DNA of 64,000 nucleotides from Octopus vulgaris (GCA_951406725.2 OX597815.1:189038001-189102000), one strand, 5' to 3'. Positions 25,330 to 38,876 are shown, numbered from the stretch's first letter. A program made the numbers and translations. Notes: generated from the sequence alone by a model not told the origin.

Positions 25330-25520
25330 ACGCCATGATATCTCGTTAGCTACTACACAAATTTTTTTCTCTCCTTGTTTCTCTCCTTGTTTTTTTCTGT
25401 GTATCTTTCTGTCGAAGAGCGTAGGCTTGAAACGTAAAAGACTTTTTCTATTTCTATTCCTGAGTGCTATACTAATACATTTGTTTGTTTGTACTCCACC
25501 TGCCTTCGTCTTTTGTTTAT
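25330..25520 (+). mobile_element. Short (TA)-ending element carrying a U6 hammerhead-like motif (probable PLE terminal fragment)
   Basis: Near-identical reverse complement of 37781-37980. Confidence 0.75.
25404..25441 (+). ncRNA. Minimal type-I hammerhead-like motif, A6U core variant
   Basis: TCTTT-CTGTCGA-A-GAGC GTAG GCTT-GAAA-CG-TA-AAAGA: 5-bp stem I, 4-bp stem II, palindromic stem III, GTA cleavage triplet. Confidence 0.65.
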
Positions 25521-25656
25521 TGTCGTAAACTTTCCCTTTATATCATCATCATCATCATCATCGTTTAACGTCCGCTTTCCATGCTAGCATGGGTTGGACG
25601 GTTCAACTGGGGTCTGGGAAGCCCGAAGGCTGCACCAGGCCAGTCAGATATATATA

Positions 25657-25845
25657 TAGTTGAAATTTACAGAAAAACAAAAGACAAAGACAGGTGTATA
25701 AACAACAAGCAGGTGTATTAGTTTGGTGGTCGGGAAGATAAAAAAAGTCTTTAAAATTTCAAACCTATGCTCTTCTACAGAAAGAAACAAAAGAAATAAA
25801 CAGAGAGAGAATAAAAAAAAACTTCTGGATATAGCTGTCAATATA
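25657..25845 (-). mobile_element. (TA)n-anchored short element with U6 hammerhead-like motif (25748-25785)
   Basis: Minus strand TCTTT-CTGTAGA-A-GAGC ATAG GTTT-GAAA-TTTT-AAAGA. Confidence 0.7.
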
Positions 25846-25849
25846 CATG

Positions 25850-25892
<43 letters not shown>

Positions 25893-25895
<3 letters not shown>

Positions 25896-26219
25896 AGCAC
25901 TCCGTCGGTTATGATGATGAGGGTCCCAGCTGATACGATCAAAAGAACAGCTTGCTCGTGAAATTAACGTGTATGTGGCTGAGCACTCCACAGACACGTG
26001 TACCCTTAATGTAGTTCTCGGGGAGGTTCAGCGTGATACAGTGTGTGACAAGGTTGGCCCTTTAAAATACAGGTACTCCTCATTTTTGCCAGCTGAGTGG
26101 ACTGGATCAACGTGAAATAAAGTGTCTTGCTCAAGAACACAATGCACCACCAGGAATTGAACTCATGACCTTACAATCATGAGCCGAATGCCCCTAACCA
26201 CTAAGCCACGTGCCTTCAC
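25893..26219 (-). mobile_element. SINE with D-like head and family-C 3' tail
   Basis: Head GTGAAGGCACGTGGCTTAGTGG...TTGAGCAAGACACTTTATTTCAC; tail same type as 36027-36210. Confidence 0.8.
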
Positions 26220-26233
26220 ATATATACATAAAT

Positions 26234-26265
<32 letters not shown>

Positions 26266-26267
26266 GT

Positions 26268-26304
<37 letters not shown>

Positions 26305-27219
26305 AATATATTCATATATATATATTCATATTTATATATATACACACACACACATACATGTGCACACAGACACACAATTTTAGAAAGTCTGTAGAGATAA
26401 GATAAACATAAATTGAAAACAATGCACGGCTAACACAAAAGGAGGACATAGTATTGACTTGTAACCCTTCAGTATACTTGGTAGCATACTATGATTGCAA
26501 AATGAAATATGTCCTTATAAGCAATCAACATGTCTGCATGCATGCAAGTAGATCATTCCACCAAGGTATAAAATCAATTTAATCTACATCAATTAATGTA
26601 TACTCCTGATTTTAGCTTTAATTTTGCAATTAAATACTCACTCTTTTATTTTCTTCTTTCCTTCCACTCAACCTGATATTTACTCATTTCAATGATGATC
26701 AGTATTCTTTATTTCTAATCATAGAAGTCTTTTGTTGGTAAGAAAAAGCAGCTGTATTTTTCAATGTAATCAATGACCCACAATCATCTCATTCTTTAGC
26801 TCAGCTAATCCAATTTCCTTGTCCGGTATTTTTCATCAACTTTCCAGCAGGAAAGTCATTGTTGTAAAGCTGTCTGTTCAGTCTTTCTCATCATGAAACA
26901 ATCCATAATAATTGTTTATGAGATGAATGTGACCAACAGCAGAATCATAACAGAGAAGAAATTGAAAGGAAAAAAAAAAAATAGTATGTTTGTGATATTT
27001 GAAGCATAGGATGTAAGGGTAGAAGTAAAAAGAAAATGGGTCATTAGGATAATAAAGATAAATTATGAACCTTGATGTAACTAATTAGGTTGAGGACAAG
27101 GATGAAAATTAAGATGTGGAATGTCAGTGGAAAATAAAAAAGAAAAATGTAGTGACAACTAGAAAGAAATAAACAGTAGCAATAATGGTGGTAAAAATAT
27201 GAATAAATTCAGATATATT

Positions 27220-27811
27220 CAGGTGCAGTATGGCTGTGTGGTAAGAAGCTTGCTTCCCAACAACATGGTTCCAGGTTCAGTTCCATTGTATGGCATCTTG
27301 GGCAAGTGTCTTCTACTATGGCCTCGGCCTGACCAAAGCCTTGTGAGTGGATTTGGTAGACGGAAACTGAAAGAAGCCTGTTGTATATATATATATATAT
27401 ATATGTATATTTAAAATTAATAGAAGGGTAAAATTTATTAATTAAATTAATTAATTAATTAATTAACAATTTCACCAAGTAGATCGGTACGTTAAAACAA
27501 CCTTTAGAGGTAAAATTATCCACACAATTATAATTAGGGTGAAGCAGTTAGCTGAACCCTAATTATAATATATATATATATATATATATTTGTGTGTCTG
27601 TGTTTGTCCCCCCACCACCACCACCATCACTTGACAACATATGATGGTGTGTTTACATCCCTGTAACTTAACGATTTGTCAAAAAGAGCCCAATAGAATA
27701 AGTACTAGGCTTGCAAAGAATAAGACCCAGGGTTGATTTGTTTGACTAAAGGTAGTGCTCCAGTGTGGCTGCAGTCAAATGACTGAAACAAATAAAAGAA
27801 TAAAAGAATAA
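27220..27811 (+). mobile_element. SINE family B interrupted in its internal (TA)n by a foldback-family fragment (~27410-27570)
   Basis: 5' and 3' halves of B flank an AT-rich insert ending in the hairpin ATTATAATTAGGGT...ACCCTAATTATAAT. Confidence 0.8.
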
Positions 27812-27838
27812 ATATATGTGTGTGTATGTGTGTATACA

Positions 27839-27874
<36 letters not shown>

Positions 27875-27891
27875 TATATGATTTTTAAACT

Positions 27892-28360
27892 TTGACCCTA
27901 GGTGATATGTTGTGCTTAAGAGGACCCATCAAGCCAAGTACACCCATGCTGGTGGCATGTAAAGAACACCTTTTGAGCATTGGGCCTCATGGAGGCAAAA
28001 TGGCTGAATTCCTTTCGAGTGTTGGGCCTCATGGAGGCAATGGCCAAGACCTTTGGAATTATGTCACCTTGAGAAGAAGACCCATCAAGCCAAGTAAAAT
28101 CACAGTTGTGGCAGATACTGGCATCATGCATATTGTCACATAAAAGCACCCCTGTGTCATGCAAATGGCACTCGTTCTAAGGGCACATAAAAGCACCCAT
28201 TATGCTGTGTTAGGAAGGACATCCAGCCACAGAAAACCATGCCATATCAGATTGGTGTCTGGTGCAGCCTTCCAGTGTACCAGCTGGTCAAACTATCCAA
28301 CCCATACCAGCATGGACAATGGATGTTAAATGCTGCTGCTGCTGCTGATGATGATGATGG
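27892..28360 (+). mobile_element. RTE-like LINE 3' end (probable ORF terminus, duplicated, plus 3' UTR)
   Basis: GACCCATCAAGCCAAGTA twice; QDLWNYV resembles the RTE C-terminal DRxxW motif; (GAT)n tail. Confidence 0.6.
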
Positions 28361-29118
28361 TGGTGGCTGTGTGGTAAGTAGCTTGCTGAACAAACAAATA
28401 GTTCCGGGTTCAGTTCCACTGCATGGCACCTTGGGCAAGTGTCTTCAACCGATGCGCAGGAGTGGCCGTGTGGTAAGTAGCTTGCTAAGCAACCACATGG
28501 TTCCGGGTTCAGTTCCACTGCGTGGCACCTTGGGCAAGTGTCTTCTACTATAGCCTCAGGCCAACCAAAGCCTTGTGAGTGGATTTGGTAGACGGAAACT
28601 GAAAGAAGCCTATCGTATATATGTATACATATATATATATGTGTGTGTATATGTTTGTGTGTCTGTGTTTGTCTCCCAAGCATTGCTTGACAACCGATGC
28701 TGGTGTGTTTACGTCCCCGTAACTTAGCGGTTCGGCAAAAAGAGACCTATAGAATAAGTACTGGGCTTACAAAGAATAAGTCCCGGGGTCGATTTGCTCA
28801 ACTAAAAAGTGGTGCTCCAGAATGGCCGCAGTCAAATGACTGAAACAAGTAAAAGAGTAAAAGAGTAAAAGAGTATTTATATATATATGTGTGTGTGTAT
28901 ATGTTTGGGTGTCTGTGTTTGTTCCCCCAACATCGCTTGACAACTGATGCTGGTGTGTTTACGTCCCTGTAACTTAGCAGTTCAGCAAAATAAGACCGAT
29001 AGAATAAGTACTAGGTTTACAAAGAATAAGTCCTGGGGTCGATTTGCTTGACTAAAGGCAGTGCTCCAGCATGGCCACAGTCAAATGACTGAAACAAGTG
29101 AAAGAGCAAAGAGTAAGA
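28360..29118 (+). mobile_element. Cluster of family-B SINEs (head fragment, full copy, 3' half)
   Basis: Head at ~28360 and ~28452; tails at ~28873 and ~29118. Confidence 0.85.
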
Positions 29119-29149
<31 letters not shown>

Positions 29150-29153
<4 letters not shown>

Positions 29154-29569
29154 GCTTTTCGGATCATGCCCACATGTGATTAAATTTCTGTTACGTTTTT
29201 GGTCCCCTAAAGAAAACAGATAGAACATGCTTTCTATGTTATGTCCCAAGAAGAATTTATATATTTTTATATATTTTTTATGTATTTTTATATAATTTTT
29301 ATGACGAAAAATGCGAGCGATGTATAAGTACGCAGGCAAGCAGAGTTATAACACAGTAATTTCCCTTTATTTAACGGTATTTTTTCATAGCGTTTTCAAA
29401 TAGCCAGATAACCGAAGAGATGGTGTTGTGGATTTCCACTTCGGCATCTGAAACTCAGAGTTTTATCTTGACTACCGAGTAATGTAACATATTATTGTAT
29501 AGATAAATTTCCTCTATTTACATAATATTGAGGTCTCTTTCTTTCTTTTGTTATCTTGCCGTTTTATCA

Positions 29570-29570
<1 letters not shown>
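29150..29570 (+). mobile_element. (TA)n-flanked, CpG-retaining element, probable PLE terminal fragment
   Basis: Bounded by TA tracts on both sides and contains a hammerhead-like fold. Confidence 0.55.
29406..29468 (+). ncRNA. Type-I hammerhead-like motif, U4C variant with long stem II
   Basis: AGATAA-CCGAAGA-GATG[hairpin]CATC-T-GAAA-CTCAGAG-TT-TTATCT: perfect 6-bp stem I, near-palindromic stem III, GTT triplet. Confidence 0.55.
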
Positions 29571-29601
<31 letters not shown>

Positions 29602-30099
29602 AATGAAAGACGGAAGATGGAATATACGATAGTTTATTATATATATATCAGTAATAAATAGAGGAGTTATACATGAGCTACTTTGAGTTGCATGCTTGAG
29701 TAGTGCAGCAATCACACAAGCTTGCATATCATACCATACATGATTTTGCAATCATTCTGGTCTACATAACATGGCTATGAGGAAATATACCAAAAAAAAA
29801 AAGAACAAGAAAAAAATATCTGAGAAGAAATATTAAGAAATGTTTTAAGAGAAAGCAAGATAATAACATTCACAGGAACTAGGTTATATCTCTTTAGCCC
29901 ATTAAATGAAGAATATTATTAATGCTGGGTGTTTAACACATGTTGTCATCTAAAAATCTAGTGGCAATAGTGAAATGAAGTTAAACTGTGTCTAATTTGG
30001 TGTGAATGGTGTCTTCCAGTTTGATAACAACAAGTTAATAAGATTCTTAATGTTTTGTCTCATTTTTTTTTTCCTGATATTTCTTCATGGAATAGCAAT

Positions 30100-30740
30100 G
30101 CTATCTGAGCCTGAATGTTTGCCAGAACATGTTAGTATAAAAGGAACCACTAATGAAACATTTAAAAAAACATTGGATAAACTGCTAACAATGGGACCAG
30201 ACCAGCCAAGCATTCAAAGATACACCCAGGGAAGATCAGCAGCTACAGTGGAGGCGCAATGGCCCAGTGGTTAGGGCAGCGGACTTGTGGTCGGAGGATC
30301 GCAGTTTCGATTCCCAGACCGGGTGTTGTGAGTGTTTATTGAGCGAAAACACCTAAAGCTCCATGAGGCTCTGGTAGGGGGTGGTGATGACCCCTGTTGT
30401 ACTCTTTCGCTCCAAATTTCTCTCACTCTTCCTGTTTCTTGTCTCCAACTTCCTATGCAACCGCTGAGCCTGGATGTACATTCATCCATTCGTCGATGCT
30501 TTCGGTGTCGGGGGTTGACCTGCTTTCTCTTCTGTGGGTCTTATGAATAGCAAAGGACCACGTTTCGGACTTCTCCCATTCGCTCAATAACAACAACAAC
30601 AATATCAGCAGCTACAAACTCAATCATAGATCAAGTTACTGCTATAAATTGACAGCAAAACTGATTGAAAATAAGTTAAAGCAGTACTCCAGCATGGTCA
30701 CAGTCAGAGAACTAAAACCATTAAAAGAATAAAGGAATAG
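30100..30740 (+). pseudogene. 3' end of a CR1/L2-group LINE (ORF2 C-terminus and 3' UTR), split by a SINE
   Basis: With the SINE removed it reads CLPEHVSIKGTTNETFKKTLDKLLTMGPDQPSIQRYTQGRSAATNSIIDQVTAIN*, matching the LP...FK..LD..L..vPD.P.......AA.NS..DQ C-terminus. Confidence 0.8.
30248..30603 (+). mobile_element. SINE family C with 13-bp TSD and (AAC)n tail
   Basis: ATCAGCAGCTACA at 30235-30247 and 30604-30616. Confidence 0.92.
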
Positions 30741-31911
30741 TGTGACATACCAACCCATCCAATTTCTGCACTATTGGAGCATGAAACTTGAAGTAGTTCA
30801 GACATAATTACTGTGTTCATTAAATGACATTTATCTCATACTCTGAATTTTTTATATCAAACATTAGAAACATTAAATGTATTCAATATTCTTTGTATAT
30901 TGACACACCTAACTTGCTTATCCTTACATTTACTCCCCTCACACACACACACAAATGAATGAATGAGTGTGTGTGTGTGTGTGTGTACAGCAATTTTAGA
31001 GGAGGGAATGACTCGATTACATCAACACCAGTGTTCAACTGGTACTTATTTTATCGATTTGCCCCCCCTAAAGGTAAAGCCGATCACAGCAGAATTTGAA
31101 CTCAGAACATAAAGGCAGCTGAAATGTTACCAAACAGTTTGTCTGGCATGCTAACAATTCTGCCAGTTCATCACCTTTAAAAATAACAAAATAATTAGGA
31201 GATATTCCATTTCTTCTTAAAAATCGAACCAATTTATTGAAGTTCAAGTTGAACTCTCTTGTCAGTGGAAAGATAATTATAAGTAACAAAATGGTTCTTA
31301 AAGCTAGGACTGACTTCCTTTGTATAAAATCTTGTTTGAGGCCAGCTAAAATGAAGTGATTATAAGAAGAAATGAGATGAATAACATTACAGACACCCTG
31401 AAAGGTTTGACTGATAAAAGTAAGAAGTGTTACGGGGAAGGGAGTTAATAGAAGAGATAATGAAATTTGATTGAGATTCTTTAAATTAACCAAAACTAAT
31501 TAAGTTGGATTTCAGATGATGGCAGTGGACAATGAATTGAACTAATTAAGATGGACATTTTCAGATAGAACTTGGGAAACATTGCAACTAATTAAGCTAG
31601 GAGGAAAATGAATATGCTGGAAAATGAATAAAGCAATAAAGACACATGATTTTTGGAATCTTTCAAGTGTAGGCAAAAATAATTAAGTAAGAATGTTTAT
31701 GGGAGGGAAAGCTTTAAATATGAATGATCCATCATATTTTGCCAAACATTTGCAATTAATTTTCATTGCTTTCACATATTCTGCTTTTCTATAAGTAACA
31801 TTGAGTACAAGAGAATCTGCTTCCAAGAAAATAGGAAGCATTGCTTACTTAAAGTTTCTTGATAATATATGTAACTGAGTTTATAGAAGCGTATTGATTG
31901 CAAAGTATCTC

Positions 31912-32776
31912 ATTTCTTAATTGCCCACAAAGAGCTAAACATAGAGGGGACAAACAAGGACAAAAAGGGATTAAGCCGATTACATCGACCCCAGTGTGTA
32001 ACTGGTACTTAATTTATCGACCCCGAAAGGATGAAAGGCAAAGCTGACCTTGGCGGAATTTGAACTCAGAACATAGTGGCAGACGAAATACCGCTAAGCA
32101 TTTCGTCCGGTGTGCTAACGTTTCTGCCAGAAACTGTGAAAGAAAATGCAGATGAGTATCAAATCAGATATCAAATATATTTTTTTCTACTCTAGGCAGA
32201 AAGCCTGAAATTTGGAAGGAGGTGGGGGGGTGGGCAGTCGATTAGCTCGACTCCAGGATGCAACTGGTACTTCATTTATTGACCTGAAAAGGATGAAAGG
32301 CAAAGTCGACCTCTGTGAAATTTGAATGCAGAACGTAAAGACAGACGAAATACCACAAAGCATTTTGCCCAGCATACTAACGTTTCTTATTTCTTTATTG
32401 CCCACAAGGGGCTAAACATAGAGGGGACAAACAAGGACAGACAAAGGGATTAAATCGATTGCATCGACCCCAGTGTGTGACTGGTACTTAATTTATCGAC
32501 CCGAAAGGATGAAAGGCAAAGTCGACCTTGGTGGAATTTGAACTCAGAACATAAAGACAGACGAAATACTGTTAAGCATTTCACCCGACATGCTAGTGTT
32601 TCTGCCAGCTCACCGCCTTGAATATTATTCTTTTCTACTCTAAGCACAAAACCCGAAATTTTTGGGGTGGGGGCCAGTCAATTAGATCGACTCCAGTAAA
32701 AACTGGTACTTAATTTATCGACCCCGAAAGGATGAAAGGTAAAGTCAACCTTGGCAGAATTTGAACTCAGAACGTA
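31912..32776 (-). mobile_element. Array of four head-to-tail family-A SINEs
   Basis: Four GGATGAAAGG..AAG..GACC cores near 32030, 32290, 32510 and 32730; two tail types alternate. Confidence 0.9.
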
Positions 32777-33834
32777 AATACAACGATATGAGATATATTA
32801 ACAAATAGATATTGCCACTGACAATTGATCAATAAATGAGCTTACTGCCTGATCTGTGGAACAAACATGCAAGGAATCTGTTATCAACAATCCTATATAA
32901 AATTCTAAAAGTCACTCTTAAATCAGCAATGATGCAAAAGATGTCAATTAAAAATTCTTGCACTCTGTGTAATGATGGAATAGAATCAGGCTCCCAGTTG
33001 CTGTAATCAAGAAGAAGTTAAATTGCTTAGAGCAGTTATAATTAAGAAGGATTAGTAAAGAATTTCATTTCTATAATTCTGCAAAATGGCTTTTGCTGTG
33101 ATAAGTCTTGTGAAGATGTGTTAGGGCACTTACTGCACAAACATATGATCTTGAGATCAGATCTACACAGAATTACTTCTAATTCTTAAAATATACAACA
33201 GATATAGATATAGCTACTGTACAGCAGATTCAAAATATCTTCAATTATTCAGCAGGAAGGAATTTAGTTCAGATACTTACACATTCTAGCTCTTGAGTTT
33301 TACTGCAGAGTCTGATCATATGCAGAGTTTGAAATACAGATAGCTTACACTGGCAATGATACCGAGAAAGATTTAGCTAATCCAAATACCAATTTCTATT
33401 GAAATATATGAGAAAGTAGACTTAAACATGAAAGTGAGTTATCCTAAAAAGGCCACAGAGCTGTAGTAAATATCTGCATAGCTTTGTTGCTGTTCAACCA
33501 GAAGAATACAGTGCTATGGCTAACTGGAATATTTTCGTATTTTACTTCTTAAAAATATATATATATAAATGCCCCCTTCAGTTTGACTTGACTATCTGCT
33601 TCTTTGTGTGTGGTCCTGGGGGAAGCGTTTTATTCCTTGTAGAAGTCAGGCTGTTATTCATGTGTATTTTCTTTACTGCCCACAAGGGGCTAAACATAGA
33701 GGGGACAAACAAGGACAGACAAAGGGATTAAATCGATTACATCGACCCCAGTGTGAAACTGGTACTTTATTTTATCGATCCCGAAAGGATGAAAGGCAAA
33801 GTCGACCTCGGCGGAATTTGAAAAACCTCGGCGG

Positions 33835-34104
33835 AATGTGCCAGTCACTCTTCTCTACATGCCCAATTTTTGTTCAAAGGAAACACTGCCATTTCAAGGC
33901 TGATAAATCTTGGCACTGTCTTCCAAACCAATGCTGTGGAAAAGCTTGATTAATGTACTCTCTAACTGTTAACACATAATGTGGAGGTGTTCCATCTTGC
34001 TGAATAATGGTTTCATATTTTTCTATAATTAAGATCTTAACTGTTAATATATGAATGCAAAATAGATAGTTGAATAACTGTAAACCTACTTTTGGGCCAC
34101 CCTG
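33835..34104. mobile_element. Tc1/mariner-type terminal fragment
   Basis: Ends TTTGGGCCACCCTG followed by TA (CAGGGTGGCCCAAA-type TIR). Other end not found. Confidence 0.45.
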
Positions 34105-34738
34105 TATATGAAGCCCTTCTTTTACCCAGCATGCATAGCCGTTTTACCTTATCTGTGTCATCACTGTGATAGTGACCTTCTTCCACGTTGAATAGATTTT
34201 TGGTTTTTCCGATATACTCCGACTCATTTCACTTCACAATCATTACATCAAAGCTGTAATTCCCAATTCCAATTTCTTGTGTATTTAAAAATGTCTTAAT
34301 TCTGGCATTAAGTTTTTTCTTATATTAATCTGAATTTACTGTAATTGTCTTTTCTAATTTTTCTTTATTCATTTCTGAGAGCAGCATCTTATCACTTTCA
34401 TCTGTTCTTACTTGTAAGAGTGATTGTATGTTAATTTGCTGATTTTATCATCATTAATGTATAATAATACAATTATTGTAATACAATTCATATAATACAA
34501 TTATGCAATATATTATATCATAATATGAATTAATAATAATTATTGTAAATCTTATTATTAAAATCATTAAAGAGATGAATTGGCAGAGTCGTTAGTATGT
34601 CTGATAAAATGTGCTCTGTTATCTGTTTTTGCTCATTGCACTCTGAGTTGAAATCCTGCCAAGATCACTTTTGCTTTTCCTCTGTTCAGGGTTGATGAAT
34701 GAAAGACGCATCTAGGGATTAAAAGGATTCTTAGAGTA

Positions 34739-34909
34739 GGTGTAGGAGTGGCTGTGTGGTAAGTAGCTTGCTTACCAACTACATGGTTCAGGGTTCAGTC
34801 CCACTGCGTGACATCTTGGGCAAGCGTCTTCTACTATAGCCTCGGGCTGACCAAAGCCTTTTGAGTGGATTTGGTAGACGGAAACTGAAAGAAACCCGTC
34901 GTATATATG

Positions 34910-34985
<76 letters not shown>

Positions 34986-35193
34986 TGTGTTTGTCCCCCC
35001 AACAATGCTTGACAACCGATGCTGGTGTGTTTAGGTCCCTGTAACTCAGTGGTTCGGCAAAAGAGACCAATAGAATAAGTACTAGGCTTACAAAGAATAA
35101 GTCCTGGGGTCGATTTGCTCGACTAAAGGCAGTGCTCCAGCATGGCCACAGTCAAATGACTGAAACAAGTAAAAGAGTAAAAGAGCAAAGAGA
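34739..35193 (+). mobile_element. SINE family B, full length with expanded (TG)n
   Basis: Colinear with the other B copies. Confidence 0.9.
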
Positions 35194-35377
35194 GTATCAA
35201 AAGAGGCACCTAGCAATATGTGTGTTCTAGCTCACTATTTTCTGAGTATGAATTCTGTCCCCTATTGCCAGCCTTCTTGAATAATCCTTACTGCCATAGG
35301 CACAAGGCCTGAAATTTTGGTGGGAAGACCTAGTCGATTACATCAACCCCAGCACTTGACTGATACATACGTTATTG

Positions 35378-35564
35378 ATGCAGGAGTGACTGTGTGGTAA
35401 GTAGCTTGCTTGCCAACCACATGGTTCTGGGTTCAGTCCTACTGCGTGGTACCTTGGGCAAGTGTCTTCTACTATAGCCTCAGGCTGACCAAAGCCTTGT
35501 GAGTGGATTTAGTAGACAGAAACTGAAAGAATCCTGTCGTATATATGTATATATATACACACAC

Positions 35565-35596
<32 letters not shown>

Positions 35597-35803
35597 ATGT
35601 ATTTGTGTGTCTGTGTTTGTCCCCCCAACATCACTTGACAACCGATGCTGGTGTGTTTTTCGTCCCAGTAAATTAGTGGTTTGGCAAAAGAGACCGTTAG
35701 AATAAGTACTAGGCTTACAAAAAATAAGTCCTGGGGTCGATTTGCTCAACTAAAGGTGGTGCTCCAGCATGGCCACACTCAAATGACTGAAAACGTAAAA
35801 GAG
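35378..35803 (+). mobile_element. SINE family B nested in a minus-strand family-A SINE (~35285-35375 and 35805-35917)
   Basis: A-family sequence is interrupted at TTATTGA and resumes at CCCTGAAAGGATGAAA. Confidence 0.85.
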
Positions 35804-36026
35804 ACCCTGAAAGGATGAAAAGCAAAAAAGGTTGACTTCGGCAGAATTTGAACTCAGTGTATGAAGACAGAGAAAATGTTGCTAAGCATTTTGCCCAGCA
35901 TGCTAATGATTCTGCCATGGCTTTTCAGATATAGTCAACAGTGATAAACCTTCCCTGTTGGAGAGAGTAATGCATTGATTTAAGTGACATCACATTTGTA
36001 CCAATATACACTAATGTATATATACA

Positions 36027-36413
36027 TTGGAAGCACTCCGTCGGTTACGACGACGAGGGTTCCGGTTGATCCGAATCAACGGAACAGCCTGCTCATGAAA
36101 TTAACGTGTAAGTGGCTGAGCACTCCACAGACACGTGTACCCTTAACGTAGTTCTAGGAGATATTCAGCGTGACATAGAGAGTGACAAGGCCGGCCCTTT
36201 GAAATACAAGTACAACAGAAACAGGAAGTAAGAGTGAGAGAAAGTTGCGGTGAAAGAGTACAGCAGAGATCACCACCATCCCCTGCCGGAGCCCCGTGGA
36301 GCTTTTAGGTGTTTTCGCTCAATAAACACTCACAACGCCCTGTCTGGGAATCGAAACCGCGATCCTATGACCGTGAGTCCGCTGCCCTAACCACTGGGCC
36401 ATTGTGCCTCCAC
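36027..36413 (-). mobile_element. SINE family C with 11-bp TSD
   Basis: GTATATATACA at 36016-36026 and 36414-36424; CpG-rich. Confidence 0.9.
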
Positions 36414-37646
36414 GTATATATACAGACTCTGCACAAGAGGATAAACACAGTAGAAGTTAGAACCAAGACATTGTTATTGAACCCATTATTATTATCAATA
36501 TTTTCCTTTTCATTATTATTTTCATTTCGAATTGCAGAAATAATGGAATGGCAGACAAATATGGTGATTCAACCTTCCTTTTTTATTCAACCGTGTTCTT
36601 CTACAATTTTGTGACCATGTACATATGGTAGGCCTGAAATTTTGTGGAAGGGGTATAGTTGCTCACATTAACCCCAGTACTCAACTGGTACTTATTTTAT
36701 GAACCCCAGGAGGATGAAAGGCAATGTCGAGAGTGGAATTTGATCTCGGAATGTAAGGTGGACAAAATGCCATTAAACATTCTGTCTGGCATGATAATAA
36801 TGATGATAACAACAATAGCAACAACAAAAACAACGACCACAATGATGATGATGATGATGATGACAACCGATGTTGGTGTATTTATGTCCCTGTAATTTAG
36901 CAGTTCGGCAAAAGCAACTGATAGAATAAGTACTAGGCTTACAAAGAATAAGTCCTGGGGTTGATTTGCTTGACTAAAGGCGGTGCTCCAGCATGGCCAC
37001 AGTAAAATGACTGAAACAAGTAAAAGAGTAAAAGAATAAATGGTTGGTGAGATCATAAAAGGTAAAAAGAGAAAATGATTGCAAAAAAGAGAAGATCTAA
37101 AATAAACATCAAAAACAACAGAGCAAGTGAAAAGAAAAACATTCCCTTCCAATTGACCATGAAATTTCCTTCTCAAGAAAATAGCAGAGAAAATGAAGAG
37201 GATAAAGAAGAACTAAAATCCACCATTCTATGAAAATCAAACAAACAGTCAATAGACAAAATGTTATACATCTGTGGTGCCACAGACTTTCCAAAGACGT
37301 TATAATGAAAGAAAAACAGTTAGGTTCAGTATGTAAACAATATGCAGAAGACAGATTGTTAGTAAAATAAAAACTAAGATTCTATATCAAACTTAAAAAG
37401 AGAATATCTTTAAAACATCTCAAAAAATGCTCACTGATGCATTTGGTTGCACTCAAGTGTAATTTTAGAAATGGCTGTGACCAGAGTCATGGCTTTCTCT
37501 AAGTCAACCTAACCAGTAATCTTCTATGGTTATTTCTTTTAATTATACCTTGTTTTAATTATTGTGTTTTATCATACTCCTTTAGTTATTTCTGCACAAA
37601 AATGTGTTTATACATACATACATACATACATACATACATACATACA

Positions 37647-37980
<334 letters not shown>

Positions 37981-37985
37981 ATATG

Positions 37986-38031
<46 letters not shown>

Positions 38032-38316
38032 TGCATGTGTTTGCATATATATTTGTGTATCTGTGTCTGTGTACCTTCAAAATTTTTGAAATGCCCTTCT
38101 GTTGGTTGTACAATGACTCACACCATTCCTTCTGTAATTGGAAACATGTTTTTTTTCCCTGCTCCACTTTATCTTTCCTTTCTTTGTAAACCCTCCATGA
38201 AAGCCCCATATTTACTGTATCTCTCCAAGCCCTTGTGGCTAATATATAAAAGATTATTACTACCACTATTATTATTATCATTATCATTGTTGTTAATGTT
38301 GTTGTTATTACTATTA

Positions 38317-38809
38317 AGACAGCAAGATGGCAGAATCGTTAGCACGCTGGGCAAAATGCTTTGTGGTATTTTGTCTGCCGTCATGTTGTGAGTTCAAATT
38401 CCATCAAGGTCGACTTTGCCTTTCATCCTTTCGGGGTCGATAAATTAAGTACCAGTGAAACACTGGGGTCGATGTAATCGACTTAATCCCCATCCCCCAA
38501 AATTTCAGGCCTTGTCTCTTTAGTATAAAGGATTATTATTATTGTCATCAAGGTGATGAGCTGGCAGTACAGTTAGCACATCAGACAAAATGCTTAACTG
38601 CATTTCATCTATCATTGCATGCTGAGTTCAAATTCTACCGAGATCAATTTTGGTTTTCAACCTTTTGGGGTCGATAAAATAAATACCAGTTGAGTACTGG
38701 GGTCAATGAAATTGACTTAGCCTCTCCTCCAAAATTGCTGGCCTTGTGCCAAAATTTGAAATCCTTATCATCATTATTATTAATATTCTTCTTCTTCTTC
38801 TTGTTACTA

Positions 38810-38876
<67 letters not shown>

